A stretch of DNA of 64,000 bases, from NCBI RefSeq assembly GCF_001194135.2, contig NC_068990.1, positions 8,249,833 through 8,313,832 of the forward strand, in the 5' to 3' direction. This document shows, piece after piece, positions 55,101 to 64,000 of this stretch; the first letter of the stretch is position 1; every line of letters begins with the position of its first letter. The DNA comes from Octopus bimaculoides (lineage: Eukaryota). A program made the position numbers and the translations under genes. Under the pieces are notes generated by a model. It did not search any database. It was not told the origin of the DNA and worked only from the letters and a program-made list of their open reading frames with translations.

Positions 55101-55469
55101 GAAATGAAATATACGTACAGAGACACAGAGTTGATGGGTAGTTCCGCTGAATATCTATATCGGTAAAACTGTTGTAATCGACCATATTGAAGTAAACAGA
55201 CATAACGCAAGAGTGATTCTCAGCCACTTTAGATATTCGATCATATGTGTAGGAAAGCACAAATAAAATGATAAAATATAACACTTTAAACTGTGTTTCG
55301 GTATGTATTTCTACTGTCATGAAGAACATACATAAATATACACGTATTTGCGTCAGTAAACATATATGATGCACTTTCTATAAAGAGAGTTCGCCAAATG
55401 TGAATTTCTGCTTCGAAAATACTTCCAAGTTATCTGTCCATGTATCTATATCTCACTAGCGACCTGTCA

Positions 55470-55533
<64 letters not shown>

Positions 55534-55544
55534 CTCTCTCTCTG

Positions 55545-55624
<80 letters not shown>

Positions 55625-55683
55625 TATCTATCATTCAATCAATCTATCTATCTGTTTATCTGTCTATCTTTCTATCGATGTGA

Positions 55684-55731
<48 letters not shown>

Positions 55732-55735
55732 TTAT
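55470..55735. repeat. Compound (ATCT)n(CT)n(AT)n(ATCT)n microsatellite
   Basis: Direct inspection. Confidence 0.95.
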
Positions 55736-57686
55736 TTATTATATTATATGGTAATAAAATAAGCATAAATCATAGCTTGTGAATTTCCTGTGTTGTCCTA
55801 CCTCAAAGTGAATACATTCGTGACGCTTTATATTCAGCTTGGCACATTTATTTTTTGTTTGAAGTCGTAAATAGCCAAAAGAACAAAAACAAAAATATGC
55901 ATCATCAAAATGCACAATTCGTAATTAGAACTACTTTGGCACAACTTTTGTTTTAAACATTAAAACACGTTACTTTCAAGCTTCAACGTCAAAGAAATCT
56001 ATGAGTACACTTCTTGACATTTTAAGTAATTTTTCAAACTTTTCCTTATGAAGAACAATTCAAACATTTTCCTCTGGTAAACTTATAAGCACATGTATAA
56101 TCTTTTGTGTATTAACAAGATAGAGGCGAAATTTTAGGAAATGTTCAAGTTTCGCTTGTTTTGAATTAAAATTGTATATACTAAGTTATAAAACGCATTT
56201 TTTCACCCAATAATATTTTTCCGAACGTGACAACACAATCATCATATTCGAGACAAACAGCTTATCTAAAATTCAATATGTCCTACTGTCAAAACAGTTT
56301 CTCGCATTTTCCTAACCAGTGCTGTTTGATTATGCGCACTTATTTCAGCGTTCTGGTGTCTTCTATATGTTATTTTTAATGTACTTTTTTTCTATGGAAA
56401 ACTGTACATTTACAACATTTTGTCTTCCAAACTTTCCAGTGAAGCTTAGTGTTTTGTTGCATAATGTATTGCAATTGTTTCTTGCTAAAAGGGCATGTTG
56501 ATGTGGTGGAATATTTCGTCTTAATTTAATTTCCCCGTTTGCAAGGAAAATTATATAATAGCATTCATTAGTATTTTATATCAAGAATTATATAGTATTA
56601 TAATATTATATAGTCATAGAATATTCACCAGATATTTTAGATAGTCTTTTTTTAAAATTTTATTTCTCTCACTCAATAAATCTCAGCCATGCTGGATCAC
56701 CGGATTGAAGAATTATATAGATTATATTGATACAAGTAATTGTATTAAATCTCGTACTGTGTCAATGGTCTGGTCGCAAATTATTTCCACAGGGTGGGGC
56801 GTACACAAATCATCATTCATTGTGAAGTACGGAGAGACAATCACGCAGATTTACATTTTATCTCTTACAGAGCACCGCCTAGAAGAACGTTCAGTCGAAT
56901 TACACGATCACCGTACTTTTCTAAAGCCTGGTCTTTGGCGAAACCTCAAAGTAACAGGGTCGTAAAGACACTATGAAAGTAAGATTAAAATAGCGCTTTA
57001 GCGTTTTTAACAGAAACAATTATAACACAATTCAATGGTGTAACTTTGAAGAATCAAATTATAATAATTCTGACTAGCCTTCAAATTTTTCAATCCAATA
57101 TTTACATACTTTCCCTTAATGCTGTATATAATACCATTTAAGGATTTTGCTACCTCCTTTTATCCATTCTTGGTTTTTAATAAGGATGGTAAGCGCTCCA
57201 AACTTGTATCAACGCTCCAAAATTGTAATAGCTATGAAACAACATGACTTTATTTTTCTCTTCAAAGCAAGCTAGCTTCAAACTTCCATACATTGTATAT
57301 ATCAAGAGTACATTTTGTGTACTTAGAATTGAACTGTTGATGTATCCATGATGCTCTGGCTATCTGATGAGGTACGTTTCTTTATTTGCGAATATATTTT
57401 TGTATTATATAATGCATAACATGCAGATTAATGCAAACATGTAAACCTAAATTCGTTCCACACTGAAATTCTTAATACATAAATGAAGATGCGAAATGGC
57501 CGTTATCCTAATGGTGCTAAGTGGTTATATCAATATATTCATCTTTCCTACCTCCTGAATTTCATGATATATATATATATATATCAATCTATATAAATTA
57601 GAACTTTTGTATTACAAACTCAGCAGCAAGCCTCGATTTCCTCAATAGGCTTATAAGGAAGATGAACGCAATGATACAAAATATTG

Positions 57687-57731
<45 letters not shown>

Positions 57732-57904
57732 TGTGTGTGTGTGTGTTTGTGTGTGTATGATGAGAGAGAGTGAGAGAGAGATTCTATGGAATGTCTCCTG
57801 CGTAATTTGACATTTCTTAATGATTTTTTTCCGCATATTAATTCTACTTCCCATTATCTCATTATCCTTTCTAACAAAAAAAAAAGAAAAGAAAACAAGC
57901 AAAA

Positions 57905-59100
57905 TTGTTAGTGTCTTCAGGCACTCCATGGGACAATAATGTCAGCTTTCTTGTAGTTTATCAAGCAGCAAACAGCTAAGATCTTCCTAATTGGTATCTT
58001 TCTTAATATATGGACATGTCGTAGAGTATCCAATATAGTGATACTATAGATTAAAGATATACCGCGTACCGAGAATTTCTGCAGTGTATCAATTCACAAC
58101 AACGATCCAGGACAAACAACACTTTACGCAGTATAAGTGTAATTCCAAGCAAAAACAGAATTTTGCAATCAGGATTGTAGCATATTTTTAAAGAGTCCAT
58201 TTATTTCTTCAGGTTTGATGGTATTGAACCCAATTTTTTCGATGACAATAGGAACAATTTCATACCTGCCACATCTTAGCAATCTCAATTTTCAAATCCC
58301 TATTTGTCGACGTCTTTATCATTCATGAAAATACATTGCTCCCCAGGCATTGTCAAATCAATTATTATGCACTCTTGCTTGTTCTTAAGGGTTAAGTCAG
58401 CCAACATACTGCGCTTAAATACCTTCTGCGTCTAGAAGTACAAGTTTTCTATATTAAACAGATTTCTTCGCATTCCTCCATGCTATCAATCTCGTCTGCT
58501 ACAACTTCAACTTGCTTGTCCTTCTGCTGACTTTCACTTACATTACCCTGCTGCAGGTTATCATCATTACAGAAGATATTTCTGTCTGAATTTGGGATAC
58601 GTCAAGAAAACCTCTATTCTGAAGCATTCTTCTCTGGTTCGTGAGCCCATTTTCAGTATTTTCAGTATTTTCACTTGTCTGGAGCATATATAGCAGGATC
58701 CAAATTTCTACTGCTCTTTTTTTCCCCTGAGTTTTACGTTTACCATTACTTCTGTCTAGTAAAGCTTGTTCATAATATTCGCTTCTTTGTTTATACTGGT
58801 ACATTACTTGTGCTTGCAAGGACTTTGCATATTTTGCTCCAGCATGAGGACCACGACTGAATGAAGTCTAGTCTCCCACTCTGTTGTCCTCCCAAGGGTC
58901 CCTGCTGAACGCAGCAGCTTCAGTGTCTTAAAAATCCAGGTGAGTCTTCCCGTTGACTCTGTTATCTGGATAGGTCCTACTTTTCATCATTGCAACGAAT
59001 GAGACCGATTTTCTAGAGGGTTTTCTCTACGAGTGTCCTTAGTTCAGATCTTCATGTAAAGGTTCAATTCATTTACAAAATGTGCTTAAAAGCTAGGGCT
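57905..59100 (-). mobile_element. R4/Dong-like RLE element retaining 5' and 3' regions but lacking the whole RT
   Basis: Minus strand: 5' leader after (AAT)n, N-terminal SNGKRKTQGKKRAVEIW...LTNQRRMLQNRGFL, then at ~58465 a jump to the RLE/C-terminus KQECIIIDLTMPG...DLKIEIAKMWQ..IVPIVI..LGSIPSNLKK...ILRKVL, then 3' UTR. Confidence 0.75.
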
Positions 59101-59105
59101 TATTA

Positions 59106-59183
<78 letters not shown>
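59101..59183. repeat. (ATT)n microsatellite at the 5' flank of the minus-strand RLE element
   Basis: Direct inspection. Confidence 0.97.
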
Positions 59184-59184
<1 letters not shown>

Positions 59185-59607
59185 ATAAAGAAGAAGAGTT
59201 CCATATTTAAATTTGCTGAACGATACTTCAGTATCTCGTGTACATTCAACGGGTTCAAAATTTGATATGTCAGTCTACTTAATTTTTTTTTTTTGATAGA
59301 TAATATTAGGACTGTTATGACTCCTCTGCAGGGAATATGTAAATAAAGAACTCATCCTATACATAATTTTTAAAATCATAAGTTTATACAAAATCTGTTA
59401 TGTATTCTTTGGATTTGTAGAGAGCAAATAAAACTGCATTAAAAAATATATATTTTTTATGTGTATTGGAAATTTCAAACATTTTTTTTTTTTCATTTTC
59501 AGAACTAAATAAATACGTGTACCCTTGAAAAGTTATAAGGTGAAATATTTTGGAAAAAATGAGGTTAGTTTTTGCGAATGATACCTTATATATGTGCGTG
59601 TTTGCAT

Positions 59608-60443
59608 GTTATCAATCAGTTCTATTTATGTATTTCTTGTCCATAGAGAAAGAGCCGGACTCTAACATAGATTCAAGGCTCCTTCATTGGAACTTTTATC
59701 AACATCATCTAGGTATTTGTGCATATGTGTGTGTGTGTGCAGTATTTGGTGTTAGTGTATGCGCAGATTTGTATGTTTGTTTTATGGATGCGTTTTTATG
59801 TCTAGATGCATGCATATGTATTTATGTGCTACATTTTTGGAAAGTTTTACATATCTTTACAGTTCCATCGATGGCTTGAATCTGTAGTCTTCTAATCAGC
59901 CTTTTTCTTTCAGGTTTTGAGAACCCTAATTTTTCCAGGTTTTTGTTGAGGCAGTTCGTTACATATCCCAATGCCCCAACAATCACGGGTATNNNNNNNN
60001 NNNNNNNNNNNNNNNNNNNNNNNNNNNNNNNNNNNNNNNNNNNNNNNNNNNNNNNNNNNNNNNNNNNNNNNNNNNNNNNNNNNNNNNNNNCCAGATTACT
60101 ATATCCGGTCTATTATGTCTGCACTTTATTGAGGTTTTATTGGGACATTCCACCAATACTCTTTCATATTGTGAGTGGTAATGGCCTCTACCTCATTATG
60201 GATTTTCATCTCCTTAGCCCCGGGGTTATCCTGTCGGCGGATTTCATTGTACAGTGTCTTGGACACAACATCATGTCTCATAGGTAGGTAATACCGTGAT
60301 GACATTTTTGGACAGCTGCTAATGATGTGGGTGATATCGTCGATACTGATTCCACAGAGTCTGCATCGATTATTACATTGTGGCGCTTTGCCCGCCTCTC
60401 TGTCCCGTTTTTTTATTAGGAATTTGGTTGCTATTTCTTGTTC
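59608..60443 (-). mobile_element. RLE non-LTR retrotransposon 3' fragment (same family as 26659-27956), 5' end at a (CATA)n tract
   Basis: Open translation EQEIATKFLIKKRDREAGKAPQCNNRCRLCGISIDDITHIISSCPKMSSRYYLPMRHDVVSKTLYNEIRR...EYWWNVPIKTSIKCRHNRPDIVIW (CCHC plus RPD). After the gap come the C-terminus and a 3' UTR homologous to 27850-27956. (TATG)n at 60444-60468. Confidence 0.9.
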
Positions 60444-63400
60444 ATGTATGTATGTATGTATGTATGTATTTGCATATCAAATGTTTATGTATGACCAGTT
60501 TACTGTAATTCCATAACATCTATATACTACAAACTTCAATGGTCTCTGCCACAAGGATCGCCTGCATACAACAGGAATGTGATATTAATCTCTCCACAGT
60601 GAAATTTTCAAATCTTCAATAATATAAACGAACATAGAATTTCATTATAAACTTTGAAAGTAAAATGATGGTGATGAATAAGTAAAAACGAGACATTTAA
60701 TGCTATACCTTTAAAATTTTATGCACAACACACTTCATGAAGTACAATAAATACAACTGAAATATTCCCTCTCTATAAATAGTGTTATAAATGCATTAAT
60801 GTTTTATTTGTCCATTTCAATCTGAGTCTCAGGAATCCAGTTATTAAACACGAAAATTTAATAATACAGTTATATCTGAAAATGCCATTGTTGAGGGAGA
60901 GTCGTACAAATTACCTATACATATGTATGTGTTTCTGAACATAACCTAGTGAAGTCTCATTTCTATGCATACTGTAATTTTAGCATTTACTTATCAATAG
61001 AACTTCTTACACATATTTCAAAGTCATTATCTGTGACATTTCTTATAATTCATGATGACATTATAGTATATATCTCAATTCCTACATCCCAATATCTGCC
61101 GACTAATGGGGCGCTACGATACGATGTGCATCACTTCTTAATCTGCACAAACAATGCGCATCTGCCTAACCTCTGATGTCCTTCTTCCGAGGCTGTATGC
61201 AGCAGACGTTTTGTGAGTGTATGTGTTAACAAATGGGGTGACGTACAAGAATAATATCTATTACATAATGGACATTTTGGCAAATTGATATAATTATTTT
61301 GAACAATGTAAATCAATTACAAACAGAAATCGGTAAAAGCAACATGGAATCTTAGGAGCCATTTGACAATCGTGTGGTATTTTAGTGCGTGCTCTTCCTA
61401 TAGACTTCAGTTCCAAATGAATTGGATATAGAATATTTTATAAATAAACAATTAACCGAGAGATGAAAAGGGGAAATTGTTTACTTAAAATCGAATATTT
61501 CTTATATAACGGATTTCTGTTGAAAGTAATAAAGCATAAGTTGTATATAATATACATTTACGCACACATAGACACAAACATAGAAAGGTGCACAATGAAA
61601 CACACATACACATACACAAACATATACATTTAGAAATGTGTTGTTATTTTATGCTAATATGTTCATTATATAATTCTGTACTATGCCATTAATTGTTTGC
61701 TCGTATTTAATGTAAGGCATTAATCGCTTGCAGCGTATTTAAAGTGTATTTCAATTTTCTTGTATTGATTTGCAATAATTGTAAGATGTGACCACAAAAG
61801 GTAACGTTAAAAGTTGTTTTAAAGATTTGCATTTCGGCTATTATGAGTTTCCTTTTCATGAGACACATCGTTAAATATCCCCTAAAAACTTCTGTAAGAA
61901 ACCTTTGTATATTCACCTATAAAATTGCTTCTGTAGCTTACTCTTACAGAAACAATTCTGATTTATAGTTTATTTCCTCCTCGAATAACATTTATGCAGT
62001 TTGGAAAATCATGAATAACAAATACACGCTTCTGTGGAATTGTCAAAAAAAAAAAATTGGAATTATACGTTGAGGCAGCCTTTTAATCTAAATTTACTGA
62101 TCGCAGAAATTACTACCGACAGGAGCAATAAAACAGTCGAAATATTACCATTCATTACCATTCAATAAACACATGTAAATTATTGAGAACGTAAAACGAG
62201 CCGTAGAAACGACGTCTAACCATCTAATTGTATGTACAACCATAGCTTTTTATTAGAGTTTAGATTTTATAGACCATACACGAACTTTAAAACATGCATA
62301 AATTGTAATACAATAAATATACTTTAGTGCTTCATTTTAGCCTTACTTCGTTATACACTTGTTGACAAAATTCCAAATTGCAAAACAAACAAAACATCTG
62401 GACTGAGATGCTTTTGATATGGAGGTGTGCGTTCTTTGCGATATGCTAACTTTACATTTCCAATTCTAACTTACGTATGTATTTGGTAATTAATAAAATC
62501 CTTGTTTCCTAAAAAAAGTTTTTATAGTATCGATTTTCAAGACCTGATGTTTTTCCTTATTTAAGAAAAAAAAAAACAACTAAAACTCAGAAAGATCCAT
62601 TAGTGAAATTATATGAATGTGTATTTACCGGTTAAAAAATGAACAAACTATTCGAATTCCTGAATAATGTGATTAAATTAAAACTAAGAGAAGAAAGCAT
62701 GTAATCAATTATCCAAGATAATCGATATACCGATATTTGCACAAAGAAACTTTCTAAATAATCCATAAACTGATTATACACGCTGTGTAGTACAATCACT
62801 CACCCGGTCGAATACTTTCTTTATTATTTGCTAATATTTGAGCTTTTTGTCTCCTGGGACGAATTTGATGTGATGAAATATATGCAGAGGTTTATTTTAG
62901 AAATAAGCTAACTGTTTTGAAGTATAAATCTTAAAATGTAAATATCATTATCATTGGCAATTGTAAGAATACCCAAAATATTACAAAATATTCATTGACA
63001 TAAAATAAATGCGTTTGTGATTTGTTGTAATTTTAGTTTGTAATCTCTTAAAAAAAATTGTCGTATCAATAACCTTAGCAAAATAATGCTTCTTTCACAA
63101 AGTATACTAAATAGTCGGATTTTAATAAATCGTTCATAATAAACCCACAAAACCGTGAAATTTCAAATGTCTTTTACATGAAATACTTAATTCTTCTACC
63201 TCCTCCAACATACGTAGACTTACTTTACATCTTTTCATAGAGTCATAGAGAACAATACGTTTAAGTGTGTGACATATTTAGGAGATACAGAATAATGTAT
63301 GGTGAGATGTATTCTACAAATAATACAGAAGAATCTATTTTATATGGTAGTGTACTGATTAATCTCATTGTAGTTACCCCAATTACCTGCAAATCATGAT

Positions 63401-63693
63401 CTACCAAATACCATTAAATTTTGTTTATATGTGACTATTGAGTTTATATAAAGATTCATATCGTCTGGTTATTTTGTGTCAAGATCTGACGAGTAATATG
63501 ATTGGGATACTTAGACGTTAAAAAACTTCACCGTGTCATAATTACATGTATACATACATACATACATACATATATATATGTATGTATGTAAGTGTGTGAA
63601 TGTATATATAATACAATATACTGGATTTTGATAAGGATTACTGGTCATGTCCATTACAGAGCTTCCAGTTCATTTTCATTTCTTCTCTTTAAG

Positions 63694-63741
63694 AGATACC
63701 TACCATCAGCTATTTGCAAGTTGCTTCGATCTCTGGAGTTG
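63694..63741 (+). other. Possible 48-nt micro-exon (RYLPSAICKLLRSLEL)
   Basis: Pyrimidine tract TTCATTTTCATTTCTTCTCTTTAAG before it and GTGAGA after it; open frame with LRR-like leucine spacing. Could be chance. Confidence 0.2.
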
Positions 63742-64000
63742 GTGAGAAAATAACCACTTCGAAATGAATTCAGGCACGATCCCATTATAGGGTCATCTGA
63801 AATGACCATGGTGATTTTATACTGATTTGTTAATAGCGAGAAAGACTCTCTATAACACACAGTATCGAATAGCCTTTTGAAGGGCTGAACATATGTCTAA
63901 AGTATATTTCAACTGGTACCACGTTTATACACACTCGCGCGCGCATCACAGACATGTATATGTATATGTGTGTAAATATATATATATATATATATATATA

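Noticed and set aside
58800-59100. Possible HDV-like ribozyme in the 5' leader of the RLE element
   Set aside because: Only simple hairpins found by eye; no nested double pseudoknot.

Overview
AT-rich eukaryotic non-coding DNA (intronic or intergenic) from a gapped short-read assembly. Nearly every N-run is flanked by (TA)n, (CA)n or (TATG)n microsatellites. The repeat families look like those of coleoid cephalopods (Octopus); that is my recollection, not a database result. I can support no intact host gene, tRNA/rRNA gene or CRISPR array, and almost all long ORFs in the track are microsatellite or N-gap artefacts. The window holds layered transposon fossils. (1) A Ty3/Gypsy LTR element at 8646-11812 has a TTCAA target-site duplication (TSD) and strongly diverged LTRs, and most of its pol is replaced by an antisense Tx1/L1 3' fragment. 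(2) At least six fragments belong to RLE-endonuclease (R4/Dong-like) non-LTR retrotransposons; one group sits next to (AAT)n tracts and another at (CATA)n tracts. (3) An RTE LINE has a twin-priming-like inversion and a nested SINE with a 10-bp TSD. (4) There are about nine tRNA-derived SINE copies or fragments and a 140-bp-arm foldback element. (5) A candidate minimal type I hammerhead ribozyme lies between two ~125-bp direct repeats (355-bp period), a retrozyme/Penelope-like arrangement. The best leads for something undescribed are the apparently (CATA)n-targeted RLE retrotransposon, the hammerhead repeat unit, and the internally deleted RLE elements. All alignments, translations and folds were done by eye.
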